Shown here piece after piece: positions 1 through 13,585 of a DNA stretch of 64,000 nucleotides. Below the pieces are notes generated by a model that saw only the letters and a program-made list of their open reading frames with translations, was not told the DNA's origin and ran no database searches. The stretch comes from Ramazzottius varieornatus. Lineage: Eukaryota; Animalia; Tardigrada. Where the stretch lies: assembly GCA_001949185.1 (NCBI GenBank), contig BDGG01000004.1, positions 3,629,777 through 3,693,776 on the forward strand, written 5' to 3'. Both the position numbers and the translations under genes were made by a program. Each line of letters opens with the position of its first letter. The stretch's first letter is position 1.

Positions 1-521
1 TAACAATCAGGAAACGCTGGTGTGACTAAACACGACCCGCTGAAGGTTCATTCAGTAAAGATATACTTCATCCCAGCTGCCGCTCATCACGTTCTCTCTC
101 AGCGTGGACGCGCAGTACTGTTCCATCTCACATCCCGATTCAGAAACCAGGGCTTGTACAGTTTTCCTACCAAACGAAAGGATGTATGCCTATAGCACAA
201 CACAACTGGTCGAAAGAGTGTTGAAGCGTACGTCAGACCCAGGTTCTGAAGGTACTGTCCAAGTAACCGTAAAACCTCCTGGTCATGCGTGGAGTAGGTA
301 CGGAAATCTGCCTTCTTAGCATGCCCATTAGTGCTACCATTGCTTGTGCTACTGTCGCTGTAGTCTCCTTTGGCGAAGTTGATCCGATCCGACCTTTGCT
401 TCAGCCCGTGAACTCCACCATCTCCATTCTTTTCCTCGCCATTCTGTTCGGAACTTAACCTGCGCTCGTAGCTGTGTTCCAGCAAACTCTCTGCGACTTG
501 GCTGCGACTTCTACCGTCCAT
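1..521 (-). CDS. WDR26: WD repeat-containing protein 26 (GID7/CTLH complex subunit), 5' exons only; gene runs off the window start
   Basis: Spliced translation QEVLRLLGQYLQNLGLT/KTVQALVSESGCEMEQYCASTLRENVMSGSWDE matches the WDR26 LisH-CTLH segment (human [33 protein letters not shown]...VMEGDWD). The ATG at 521 follows a ttctccgcag acceptor. Confidence 0.85.
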
Positions 522-3500
522 ATCAACCGTGCGACCTGCGGAGAACAAAGGGTAGGAATGGTTCAAGAGGACGGAAGTGAATGTTCCTGCCTATGATTGA
601 TTTATTACGGCAAGTCACCGTCATGTGTTTACAGCTTACCTTCTTGACGTAAACGCTTTCGAGATGGACCAGGTGTCCTCTCCCCTTCTTCAGAGCTCGG
701 TCGAAGAATGTTGGAATCCAGGATGACAAGTCATAGAGAATGCAGTGGTTCCCGCTGCCAACATCAACAGGGACTGCATTTGGTAGGCAAAAACTCGCGA
801 AATCTCCCAGGGGAAGTGAAACTGCTGCTTCTTTCCGTCTTCCGGTGTGAAACCTCCACAGGGCTTTCCTACGAGACAGGGCGAAGCATGCTGCTACACA
901 TGTAAAGCTGAGCATCCGGGAAGACTGGGATCGGACGATTTTGAAACACCTGACTTTCATCCAAAACAATGCCAACTGCGGTTAAGTAGTACATCAATGC
1001 GGTTACGGAATTCATACTGCAAACTGATGCTCATAAAGAAAGGGAGGTCACCCCGAAGTGGATACCGTACCGCGAAACAAGAGTTCAACGGACTTACCTC
1101 TCGTCTCCTGATGTTGCCGTTCTTCCGACCTCGTCCAGTAAATGGCCTACTTGGATGGCTCTTCCCGTCCTCGAAGCTCAAAGTCCCGTGATGTTTGAGC
1201 CTCCTGAATCAGTTCACTCTCAAAACTGGTTCTTTGTGCGCGATCTGGACAAAAGACAAAAATTTTTTTAGAAACCATCGCTTTGCCAGCAGGGAAACCA
1301 ATGTCATAACAAGGGAAACGGTCAGTGCCAACCAATGACACAGAAGGAATACTGTCAGCGCCGGTCGGTTAGGTGATTTTGCTCCTTCCGCCGGACAGAC
1401 AACGTCAGAATCCCGGGCACAGTACGAGCGGTTGCCGGACAGGAGAGGGCGTACGACACAGGCCAGTCAGGCAGGCGTGGTTTTGATAGTCGTCTTATTT
1501 TAAGTTGTTGGCGTGTCGATCAGCTGTTTAGGCGAATCGTTAAATTCAACGCAGTCTTACATAAATCGCAGTTCGGAAAACAGCTGTTAGATGGCGCTTA
1601 TCGACTTCTTTGCGAGATGCTGCACATCGCGAACAGACAGGGAAGGGATAGTCGTCCAGCTATGAAGGAGTCCAGCGATCGGCCAGGTAAGTTGCGGCAT
1701 AGTTGCAGTGGATTGTTATGGTTCTTGCTGGTGGCGGAGTGGCGCTTGATAACCGCCGATTTCTCTTGTCTTTCAGGTGAAGCCTTACAACGCTAGGCCG
1801 AAGCTGTGGTGATGGCACGGGTGGGCAACCTGTCTACTTTCTAATGTGATCGCAACCAACGCTGATCTGAAATGGTTGGAGCCTGGAGTTGCTGCATCAG
1901 TACACAAGCGCCAACGGATCAGGGCCTTCCGGGCCGGACAGTTGGGCTCTGACGGATGACAAACGGCGATACGCTAGGATACCAGATACATCCGCATCTT
2001 GATGAAGGAAGCGCCAGCCATTTCGACATCTTTCCAATCTCACAATGTCGAATTTACCCCTAGGTCTTTAACCGTCTTTTGTTTGCTTTTAGCACTCCGA
2101 TGGATCGTATAAAAACTTTAAGTCAAGTGGCTAGTTTGTTACAGGAGCCAGCTATTACTAGAGGAGGATCGTAAGCTGCTTGTTCTGTGCACCGATACTG
2201 TTTCACGAATCCTACCATTCCATGGTGGGTTCTCGACCGTCAACGGAGCCCAAATGGAAGGCTTCGCTGTATTCAATACCTCGATATTTTGATATCTGTG
2301 TCTTTTGTAGGCCCTAAGCACCGTGGTTAACCCGCGCGCTTTTTGCATCAGACACGGAAGCCTCGCTGGGACGAAGAACGCACTTTGGTTGATGGATATG
2401 GCTGTCTGCAGTACAAGGTCGCCGACCGACAAGATTGTTTGCTAACTTAGTCACAACCAATATCAAAAAGCGATGTTATAATGTTGCAGGCTTCCTTGTG
2501 TTTTACGGTAGATGTGGTTACAGACAGTCATGGAAGTTGGAACCACCAATATAGCGCTGGGTCGCCGTCGCGCGGCCATGCATATCGGTACACGGAAGCG
2601 CTGTTAACTTTGCAGCTTTACGACCATGCAGTCACAGCTGCGGAAAAACGGTAAGAAAGAGTTTGGTATGTCTGGGCGAAGGTGTTAACTGCGAGTTCGC
2701 TATACTGGAAATATACAAGTGCTGTTGTTGTCGAAGGTCTACTTGCAAGCTAAAGGTTCCTCTTTGCTATATCCTTTCCCCGGTGCCCGGGCAGCCCATG
2801 TTACAAGAATGGATTAGCTCGCACACAAGACGGAATTGTAAAGAAGCGTGCTTTCGTGTGCGAAATCACGCGATTGAATCATCTTCAGCCATCCAGTAAA
2901 CGGGTATGGATCGTTAGGTGACTTCATTACATTCATCACGTAATCGGATAGTTTGTTCTTAATGAGTTTGCTACCAATGGATTATGGGCCAATAACGCGT
3001 TTGCCTTGTAGAATGTTTCATTTGGATTTAATTGTCCTGCTGTTGACAAGCTTCTCACCTGGTACTCTCTCGGGCAACGTGAAAGGAGTTTCCAAGATCG
3101 CGGCGGACCGGGCCGGAAACAGCCTTCCGCTGATCACTCGGGTCCTGGGAACAGCTGAGACGCACTCCGGTGAGTATTGCTTTTATTGTTGTGTCTAATA
3201 GATCAATATGTACTGTATCAGGTTCCTCGAGGTAATTACGTTGTAATGGAGCTCGTAATTAACAGCCAGCAGCAACCGTACTGTAATTTGTTGCTGGCGG
3301 CTTTCTGTAGATGGCGCGCTTCTAATTTATGCAAGTACCCTAGACGTGTGGATGTATGGCTTTAATGAGAAACAGGTGGGCTACTTGGTCCGCGTGAACA
3401 GAAAGGAAGCTTAGCGATGGTTTTCCGCTTGACTGAGTCCTGCCCATTGACTTACCGACCATTTTGACTCTAATGTGTGGATTGGGAACAACGCCATTTT

Positions 3501-5760
3501 GTTTAAATCCAATGATTACTGTGCGTTCAGGTTCTCAGGTCCAGCACAATCATAATTTTCTTCAAGGTTCTCGTCTGAATACGATTAGCCTCCTTCCACG
3601 TCAGTGCATCGTAGTGTGAAGAATTGTATACAGTATTTGGCATACTGGTTTGTGCTGAAAGATTGGCTCGAGGAATTAAAGAAGTTTTCTAATTTTCAAA
3701 GCTATCAGAATTTTAGTCATTGTGGCGATTGAGCGGTTTGATTTAGAGATTTTCTTCGTATAAAATATGACTGATTTGCAAGTGCGCCTTAGGTTCTTGA
3801 CGGTGCCTCGATGGGTCAACTCACCTGTCTGACTCAGAATGTACTGGTTTTTACGATGCGTGAAGAGGTCGTACTTAAAACACAGTTCAGCCATCGCTTT
3901 AATGAGTTTTTGCTGTTACTCATGGTGGCAAAAACTTGCGAATTGCGGCCATGGTTTGTTGTTGTTTGTTGCAAAAAACCGCGGCGCTTGCGTTTGATGG
4001 ATTAATCATTCTGAGTAATGCTTGAACGTCACTAGTGATGGTTTCATGTGAGAGGGAAGTAGCATGTACCACCGCAGGTGCTTCGCAGAGCTAAAACGCG
4101 AAGATGCATGGTTCTAAGGGAGAGTGCCCTTTGCTTCTTGACTCTCCAGATTACGTTCTTGTAGGTCAGGTGGAGGTCTTGATATCACCAGGTCCACCAA
4201 CCGCTCAAAGTCCAAGAAACTTCCTAGTCGCCAAAGAGTCTACCACAATAGACCAAACTTCGACTTTTTCTGACTCCGAATTCCTCAACAATGGGTTTTC
4301 CCGAAGAGGTTGTAGGTCGAGGAGCACTTACACATCTTGTTTTTTCTTTACGATATTAAATTGTACTGTGATCGATAAAACTGGACTAATTGCTCCAGAG
4401 TCATGTGCCCCGGAAGTATTTTTATACGATGGGGTTAGCTTGTCACGAGATCCTGTTGCGATCGACATTTCGCATGCATGTGGACACTATCATTTATAGC
4501 TGGGCCATCTGTTCAGGCGGTTATCGCATCAAGAGCTCATCATGTCACTGCATTCCCCGGCTTCAAGGCCAATTAAATATAATGTTATCGTACGAAACGA
4601 TAGAAGTGCTCGAGTAGTCTTTGATTATCTGTTTAATTAGGAAGGGATGGTTTGACTATCAGCGAATGCATTCTCCGAATCAGCTAGGAGAGTACTTCCT
4701 TCTCTGCGTTGCAGGTATTTGGACTTCGATCTTTAGTCCATGTTTACCCTCTTTGGTGCATGTTGCAGATTATGTTTACCGTGGCAATAGTAGCTACAAA
4801 ATTCTGCTTGGGAAGTGCAGATCGAGAGAGAGCTCGATGGGCAAATGGGGACCGTATATTTGAATGTTCGCCGGATAAGTAGATGTTGGATGGGCAGCAG
4901 CAGCTGAAATGGAATGATCCTTGTTTAATAAGCACTTTGAGGAAATTTATACGATGAGAAATCTGCTATGTGTCAAGTGGCCTTGTTTCTACTGAAACAC
5001 GAGGGGAGATTAGCCATGAAACTCGATGATGGCGTATATTCCCAACATGGCTAATAATGCATATCTGGCGAGTCTTTTGCGGTTAGCGTGAAGAGACAAA
5101 CTCCGCATTCCAACTAATCTACCCACGCTAACCACGCCCTGTTGTACAAATATATTTGCCCGGCATTATATTACACTAGCTAAGTTAGCAATGCCAGTCA
5201 GTACCACCGCATATACTGCTGTTGCTGCTCACGCTTTGCATTGTGAATATCCGTCGGTTTCTTACTGTATACCTATCAGTAAATTCCTATGCTAAATAGC
5301 CGCTTTTCTTGTCTGTGAAAATCCACGCGTCAGAGTTGTGGAATTTTGCAAGCATTCTTCGGCTGTATTGCGATCCGCAGGAACACACCCCGAAAACCGC
5401 GTCGTTACCCACGATAGAAACCTGGCCAACGAACAGCATGTCTTGTAAAGTTTTTATTTTGGATATGATGCTGATGTTCGCTGCTCACTTCCATCCACAA
5501 AGTCAACTTCGGGCGGCTCTTTATAGTATCAGCAGCGTAATCGACCACGCCACCAACCAGCTGATGTTGTCATTTTTTTGTTTGTTGGCTACAAATAAGT
5601 CCATGAATCATTTGACCAACGCATCTTAATATCCGCGTCCTGTCTATGAGTCTCGTGCAAATTTTCGCCGTCAGTTCGAAGAAGGAACCCTTCTGTTTCT
5701 AGCATTCCCCAGTATTCAATCCAATGAACTCCCGTCGGTCCAACTGAAACGGTCCTCATC

Positions 5761-8700
5761 ATGAAGGATTATCCGACTATCATAGTTTTGGCTATCTTGG
5801 GCGGGGTTGTTTTGACCACAGTCCACTCTGAATGTCCTGGTGATTCAATCGTCGATACCGACAGGAAGATCTGTATCTGTAGGGAATGTCCTTTGCCACC
5901 GGAATGCGCTGTCGACCATCATGTGGAGATACTTCAGCTTGGTTCTAAGATACCAGGGCGTTGTTGCGCGGATTATGCTTGCTTTCCTGACGCCGGCGAA
6001 GACTACGAAGGTGACGATGATTTCACAGTGTAGAAAGTGTTGTTGGAATGTGTAAAGCCCAACAAGTGGTCGTCGTAAAAATATTTATTTGTCAATCAAA
6101 CACCTCTCGTTTTATAGGTGAAAGCGCTGAGAATCGTCACTTAATGCTTATCAGAACAAGTAGTCATAAAACGTTTGATAATAAGGACCCTTCGGATTAT
6201 AAATTGTCACTGAATGATGACAAGAAGAGCTCTTCAGTACTTTGTAGTGCACTGACAGTTCCACTTGGCGAAATTATCCTAAGGGGATCTTTTGTTAGCG
6301 TCTAGAACTCCTTCATTCAATTTTCAACCTGCAAAGGTAGCGACCCTTCGAAATGAGGACTGAAGGGTTTTTTCCTGACCTCAGATTCTATGTAGTGAGG
6401 TTCAGTACTGGGGATGCTAGGCTGCTAGCGGTGCAGCCTCGATCGTAGCTCGTTACGAGGACTAGACCATCGGTTTTTTCGATGCCGGTATCTTTTTTAC
6501 CTTTCACCACGGAAAGGTTTCTCTGATTTGCTTTAATTTTCTGTGGGACTGCTGCCCACAACGTGCAGATTTAGAATGGTGTAGCGTAGGTTTCAAAAGA
6601 TTTAGCCCATAGGTATTATTGGACTTTGAGTTTGCCAGCTTTACCAGTCACCCGTGACTGTGCTCCGTCACTCTGCCATTACTCGTGACAGTTCGAACTA
6701 GCAATAACGCTTCTTTGTAGCGAAATCTATCTTTCATCGAGCAGAACGTGTATCCAGAACACGGCAAGGTTGAAGTGTTGATAACGAGACCTTGTGAGGC
6801 AAAATGAGGCGCAGCGAGGTTCTTCTTCCCGGAACGGGAAATGAGCGACTTCGAGCATTTTTTCTCAGACATAAAAGTTTGTACGATTCAGGGGATTCTG
6901 GTGAACGAACAAGATGGATCATCTGGAACAAAACAGGCGACGTCAGACATGATTAACTTTGAGCGCCAAAGCATGACGCCTGTTATCAGTGAATGCAAAA
7001 AATACTTTGACTCACATAATCGCTTGCGTGGGCGATACACTGTAACTTTGTCACTGACAACATGCTTCGTTGCGTCCCGTTTGTTATTCAACCAGGGCTG
7101 TTTTTTTATGACCCTGAAAAATGCCAACAAAATGCGCATTCTAATATTTTTCCGAAAAAAATGAGGCATAACGAAACTTAGTGGTAACTTTCTTCTCCAC
7201 TTAACTCCGGATTACGGAAATCGTAAAATAATGCCGTTGTTTCGTGGCTTCAGATATCGACTGTGATGCCATCGATTGTCCGGAACCGGTCGACACTTTC
7301 CTGGAATGTCCTTCCGATAGCATTCTTCTGCAGAATTCCACGGAACGTTACAATGAATGGACGTTAGCCGAGAAATGCTGCCCGTTTAGTCCCCGGTATG
7401 TGTGACCTCATCCGCAAAAAAAGCGTTTGCTCGTGGAACCCGGAAGTACTCATCATCGAATACGTGCGCCACTGTATTGCCAACACCTTTTTAGGCCTCG
7501 AAAAACCTCTACCTCGTTAACTTCACGGTTGTGCTTCAACAGAAGTTGGGTTCTTCGTGAAGAAGACACACCACCAGAATTTCAAGATAGTTAAAAACTT
7601 GAAAACTGTACTCGAATAGATCATACAGTCAATAAATAAAGGAAACAAAAGGATCCAAAGATTTTCTGTAGGTTTCTGCAGTGGAGAGCTGAATGAGCTG
7701 GATGTTTTCTTATGGGTTTCTGTTCGTAGGTGTGTCTGCAAAGCGGAGGATACTTGCCCTGTACCACAATGTGCGACCGGAGAGAAATTCATCTTGACGA
7801 AACGGGGTGACTGGAAGCCAGGAAGCTGTTGTGACGTTCACGCTTGCGTCCCATATCCCGGTTTGGCGATGGACCGGCATAATGGGGGCCGTCGAGATGG
7901 TAAACCCGTGTTCTTGTCCAGTGTGTTAATAGAAGATTGGCCTATTCTAATTCATCCTGCACCGTGTCAATAGATGAGCTGACAACTTGTGTGTATAACG
8001 GGAGCAAATATCACGATGGATCTGTTTGGTCCGACGCAGGCAATTGCACCCATTGCCACTGCAAGAACGGAGTGTCCGAGTGTAAAGAAGCCAACTGCCC
8101 CAGATTACACTGCGATCATCCGCGTGTCAAGGTGGGAGAATGTTGCCCCGTTTGCGAAGGTAAACAACTCGATGACTCAAAACTAGCGAATCGATGTTTG
8201 AAATACAGATAAAAAAAATTATTTCAATACTTGACGGCTCGGCAAATTGACTGCACAGGACTCTTTGCCCAAGTAGCGCACGTGTTTCAAGTGTTATTGG
8301 CTGGAGGCGTGCGCCACTTGGGAGAACGACCTTGTCGAGTTCGATTGTTTTCTCAAGCGGCGCACGGTTTCGACTATTAACTTCAAAGAATTGCGCCATT
8401 TAAGAAGATATTCAGTTCAGTTTCTCAAATCTCGTTAACACGAAAGTTGAAATTTCGAACAATATCTGTAGGTTTTCTGCTCAACAGGTTGTGAAGACGA
8501 TTCCGGCGTAGTTCGCTCGGACATGGAAAGATGGCAGCTAAGTGACTGCGTTCACTGCGTTTGTGAGAAAGAGCAAATTCGCTGTAATGTGGAAGAGTGC
8601 CAGATTAACTGCATGAATCCGGTTTCGGTTGCTGGTCAATGTTGTCCCCAGTGTGCTGACGATCGTAAGCCTCTGAGCACATAATTCACATAATTGCGCG

Positions 8701-10825
8701 ATTCTTGGAAAGCAGCTCGCCACACTTGGTCTAATTCCCCTCTTTCTCTGCTTGATAGCGGGTTCGTTGATATTACAGCCAGCGCACTGTGCGGAGACCT
8801 TTCTAAACGGGTGTAATCGACTGTGCCGACACGGATATATCCGAGGCTCCGATGACTGTTTCCGATGTGAATGTCAAATCGGTACGAGTAACTCAAGCCA
8901 ATGATGCAACTGTTTTAACCTTGATTTATTAATAATATTCCTTCAAGACGCAGACCTAGCATGTGTTTATTTGTAGAGAACTGCTCGTTGAACTGCGAGA
9001 TGGGTTATGACAAGGATCTTGTTACTGGTGAAGATATTTGTCAGTGTCTGGGGACCAGTCTGCAAACAGTAAACATCTCGGCAAGCACCACGCCTCTGCT
9101 ACAGTGTCGTAACAGCACCCGGTGCCAGGCAGGATGCACCCTGAAGATCGATCAGAGAGGCTGCGCTGTCTGTTCCTGCCAAGAGCCCTGTCCGGAGTTT
9201 CGTTTAGAAGACTGCCCGGCAGAATGCCCACGCGGATACCAACATGATAACAGGTCGTGTCTCACCTGCCAGTGCCTACACGGTGGGGGGCACCAGGCTA
9301 CCACCGGCGCTACCAGCGAACACCACGAGCTACCTACCACGTCACCAAGACCCACACAGAGCCTGAGTACGTACCTACATGTCTTCATCACTGACTCGTG
9401 ACGTTCAAACCGTTCTCGGAATTTTTATATCCTTACATATACTTTTCGTTTCAGGTTCGAATGGGTCGCCACTCGATTGCTTCTCCCGGAGGGACCTGGA
9501 CTTGGTGCCATGGATGGAAGGCTGTCACGAGTGTGCCTGTCTAAAAGGCGATAAGTACTGTTCGCTGAGACCTCGCTTGGCTAGTGGCGAAGGCGCTAAG
9601 GAGGAGAAAGTTTGTCGTGGAGCCAGAACCATGAAGTTTGGTTTTTGTGATGCGTCGAGGGGAACTTATGTTCTTTCGACGAAGTGGTCTAATTTGTCTT
9701 CCTGTACGGAGTGCATCTGCTCTAGTGGTACGGTGTACTGCAAGAGCGCGCAGTGTCCGTCGCTGAAGTGCGCTGGCGAGCTGGTGCAGTACGAGGAAGC
9801 CTGCTGTCCGTCTTGCCAAGTACTCGCTATTAATAGCCCTCGAATCGACACCTCATTAACCAAGGATTACCTGGTCGCTAACCGCAAGAAGGTGTCCTGC
9901 CAGATACACGATGTAATCCAACCGTCCGGCTCTAGTTGGTGGGAAACTCCCTGTAAAGCTTGTGAGTGCTTTGACGGAGCCACTCGATGCAAAGAGGTGA
10001 AGTGTCCGCGGTTACAGTGTGTGGATAGCCTGCAGGTTTGGCAACAAGGAAGATGCTGTCCATTTTGCGTTTGTGAGTACTTTGAACTTGCGTTTTAGTA
10101 CTGCGGTCTGCCACATGTGAATGACGAACTTGTTTACTTAGATAACTCGAGTGCCCCAGCTGAAGCCACTTCAAACACTTCCAAATGCCAGTCAAATGGA
10201 CAAGTCTATTTTAATGACGAACGCTGGAACCCACAAGCGTGCACGACCTGTGTGTGCGAAGAGGGTCGATCAGTCTGCGAACCTGATCCAGCTTGCGGTA
10301 AGTAGCAATCAGAACATCCATCCCAAACACAAGTTACTCGCATGACGCCTGGTTTCTCAAAATTTCTTACTAAGTAAGAACGGCGAATGAATCGCTTACC
10401 TGTTAGATTTTCCAAGCATAACGTGGTGGCATTGGACAGGCGAATTCTGACTAGTGGCCAACCTGCCCTTCTTACCTCGTCCAGAGCCGTGGTTGGAAGT
10501 CGGGAATGCCCACTTGGTTGCCTATTTATGAGATTTCCGCTTTGTAGGTGGTCTACGAGAAAATACCACTGTGAGTGGTCACCCCGATGAAACCACAAGT
10601 TCCGACAAGACGGTCTTCATCGTGATCCTCCTGGTCGCTGTTCTGGCGGCGATGGTCCTAGGGGGCGTACTCATCCTCACCAGATACCGCCGACGGCAAA
10701 GAAAGGGTTACCGGTCTCCCATCACATCCTACCCGGACCACTCGGCGTCCGGTTCGCTGGATGGGTCCTCGTCAACGCCACTCAAGAAGCTACCTCGAAG
10801 TCTTTTCAAATTTGGTCTGCCGTAG
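5761..10825 (+). CDS. CRIM1: CRIM1-like cysteine-rich type I transmembrane BMP modulator, multi-exon
   Basis: Signal peptide MKDYPTIIVLAILGGVVLTTVHS. Two Cys-rich PGxCC repeats, multiple VWC domains (WSDAGNCTHCHCKNG...CCPVC; WWETPCKACECFDG...CCPFC), antistasin-like repeats (CPRGYQHDNRSCLTCQC) and a TM segment VFIVILLVAVLAAMVLGGVLIL followed by RYRRR. Confidence 0.85.
8237..8408. repeat. Palindromic ~110-bp element, copy A plus a tandem partial copy, in a CRIM1 intron
   Basis: gctcggcaaat...cccaagtagcgcacg-loop(aagtgttattggctggagg)-cgtgcgccacttggg, followed by a second hairpin tctcaagcggcgca...tgcgccatttaaga. Confidence 0.7.
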
Positions 10826-11109
10826 ATCTTGTGCAATCGACTGCTTGCTTTGTACACAGCATGGCGGAAGGTTTTCTGTGATATCAGATGGAAATTCTGT
10901 TTTTGGTACCCCGTGACACTACAGTTTACTTTCTTTTCGTGAGACTCGCTGATACTGATCTCGTACTTCTCTCTACGAAAATATCTTGTCGATCCATGAC
11001 ATGAGTTTGTAATTATCTCTGGCCGATCGCGGCTTTCGAATTCCCCGCGAAAACTATGTACATAAAGTCGAATACTGCAGGACAATTTCGGGAAACCAAC
11101 GAAAATATA

Positions 11110-12864
11110 TCACACTTCGATTGCTTTATAGCTGGCGAAAGCCTTCAAATTCGTTCTTTTCAGAATGGTTCCCAGTTGTTTACCAGGACCAACTTCATAA
11201 GTGTTGGGAAAAAGTACGTCCTTTTCCCTTTCGTAGATAGAATGTAATATTTGCTCCCATTTGACAGGAGCGCTGATTTGTTTCAGTAACAAACTTGTAC
11301 TTGCCTTTTGGCCACCATAACTCAAGGCAGTTACATTGCTGTATACTGTGATAGAAGGTTGCTTGAACGTTGTATCTTTCAAAGTCTGGTAGAAAACATC
11401 TTTAGCGGGTGTCATGAGAGGAGTATGGAAGGCACCGCTCACAGGTAGCCGCTTTAGTGGTTTGATCTTGAACATCTTCGCATTCACCTCGATGAAATCA
11501 AGCGCCTGAACAAAATCAGAATCAACATTACTCGTGCGTTAAAAAAAAAGAACCGTGGCGACCGAGAAAAAGCTGCTCCCCAAAACCCACCTCATTGTTA
11601 CCCGCAATTACCCTTCCTTCTGGAAAGAGGTAGGAAGCTATTTGGCAATATGGATCACGAACGTTCTTGCGCTCAGCAGACCAGCGGCGGGCTAGTTCCA
11701 TTGCCTTCTGTAGTTGAGAGTCGTGGTCTATTTGGACACTCAGCATTCCACCTGGTGACATTTCGGAAGCCATCTGCATTGCTTCCGCTCTGGCCTTTAC
11801 CAACTTCAAACCTGGAAATCGGGCATTAGAATTACACCAGGAAGTGAAGTCAGCTGGATACGGCGTTACTTACATTCTTCGAAAGACAAACATCCAGCAA
11901 AGACAAGCGATGCGTATTCTCCGACGCTAAAACCCGCAGTAGCAGCGCAATACTGTATTGCCTGTAAAAAATAAGGAAATTTGATAAAGACCATCCGGTG
12001 GAGCGAAAGGTTTGGAAACGATATCACCGGTACCTGGAAATTTTCGACCTTGAGCTTCTCAAGAGCGGCAATGGATGTGACGAAGACTGCGGTTTGACAG
12101 TAGACTGTACGGTCAAGGTCCTCCTTCGGGCCTTCCAAACAGAGCTTCAACAGGTCGTACCCGAGAATCTCACTTGCCACCCCGTAAATCTCTCTCACGT
12201 TGGGATACTTCAACAGTTTCTCCCCCATTCCAACGAACTGACTTCCTTGTCCGGGGAACAGAACTATGGAAGTCTCTCTAGGATCGATTTTCGGTCGTGG
12301 GACTTTCTTTGCTTGATCTTGTATTCTCAGTCTAGGTTCTATAAAGCATGATACTGTATTGGAAGGCTGGTCCACATGAAAATGCTACTTGCGGTTAAGT
12401 AGTATACAGTACGTACGTGGTTGCGGTATCTGGCCGGGAGTCTGGTCATCCTCTCGAGGAATAGCCACAAAATCCGCCGCTTCGTCTACGAAGTTCTTCA
12501 GTTTTCGATTACCCCGTGGCCAGCCTTCGGGAATATCATGATTCGCGTGTTGCTGACGATATATCCCGAAGTGTGGAGATTCCGCCGCGTCCGGGTAGTC
12601 GTCTATGATCTGGTCCGACTCGTCATAGTCCACCTGCGACGACGGTCTCGTAAGCCTTGATCCCCGAACGCGACATAGCTGTGAAGTGCATATTGATCGA
12701 CGTGATGGTCTTTTCCACCAAATAGCCGCATCGAGACGATCAGGCAGACGCGCAACGTTCCGAATACTTCCGGTGCAGGACAGCTTCCTCTTGAAACTCC
12801 CGAGGAATGCGTACTGCTCACAAGAAATCCGCAACGGTACTCGCAGACTCGTGCCCAGCGCCAT
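11110..12864 (-). CDS. MCAT: Mitochondrial malonyl-CoA:ACP transacylase, multi-exon
   Basis: LFPGQGSQ, CQTAVFVTSIA, catalytic AGFSVGEY, LPVSGAFHTPLM, PVKWEQ and EVGPGKQL motifs. Arg-rich N-terminal presequence. Confidence 0.95.
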
Positions 12865-12968
12865 GATTGTATTGTAGTCTTTCAAGCAAACAACGAGCAT
12901 GAAGAGAGCGGTCGAGGCGGTTCGTGAGAGCGTAACTGGAAATGCTGATTACATAGATCACTCTGAGA

Positions 12969-13585
12969 AGCGCTGGCAAAAGTACGATAAAGTTCGATAC
13001 GATATTTTTCGACACAGTATCGGCGGATATTTTATTGCAGTTTTCGATATTCATTCGATATCGATACTACTATCCGATATTTTCCGATACCGTTTTCTCG
13101 ATATATCGTATCATATCGCACCAATATATCGATATTTCTGGAATTTTAGTTTTTCGGAATTCCACTGGTTCAAGATCAAAAACCCAAGAAGCCGATTTCC
13201 ACATAAATTATTAGTAAGATCGAAAGCGTCGGATGCAGCAAAAACATAACTATACCAAGACTTCAAACACATGGAAACCTAGACAGATTTAGTACCAGAA
13301 CCGAATGGGCGGAGTGAGCTCGGTACACCATGGCCAAAATCAAGTCTTTGAAATCACCCATGGTTTTTCGTGAACGAGATATCACTGGCGAGTTTGCCAT
13401 TCAGCAAAATACCGATATATCAATAATATATCGATATGGCGCGATAAGATATCGCCGAATATTTTATTGCGTTACTCGATATGACCTCCATATCGATAGT
13501 TTCGATACGATACCTGCCGCATATTTTATCGCAAAGATTCGATAAATTTCGATACGATATTGATATACCGTATCGTTCCCAGCAC
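12969..13585. mobile_element. Non-autonomous inverted-repeat (MITE-like) element with CGATA-rich subterminal arrays
   Basis: Ends gcgctggcaaaagtacgata and tatcgttcccagcac are imperfectly inverted. Two CGATA/TATCG-dense arms (~12985-13140 and ~13405-13575) flank a unique core. Inverted internal match cgtatcatatcgcaccaatatatcgatatt / aatatatcgatatggcgcgataagatatcg. Confidence 0.7.
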
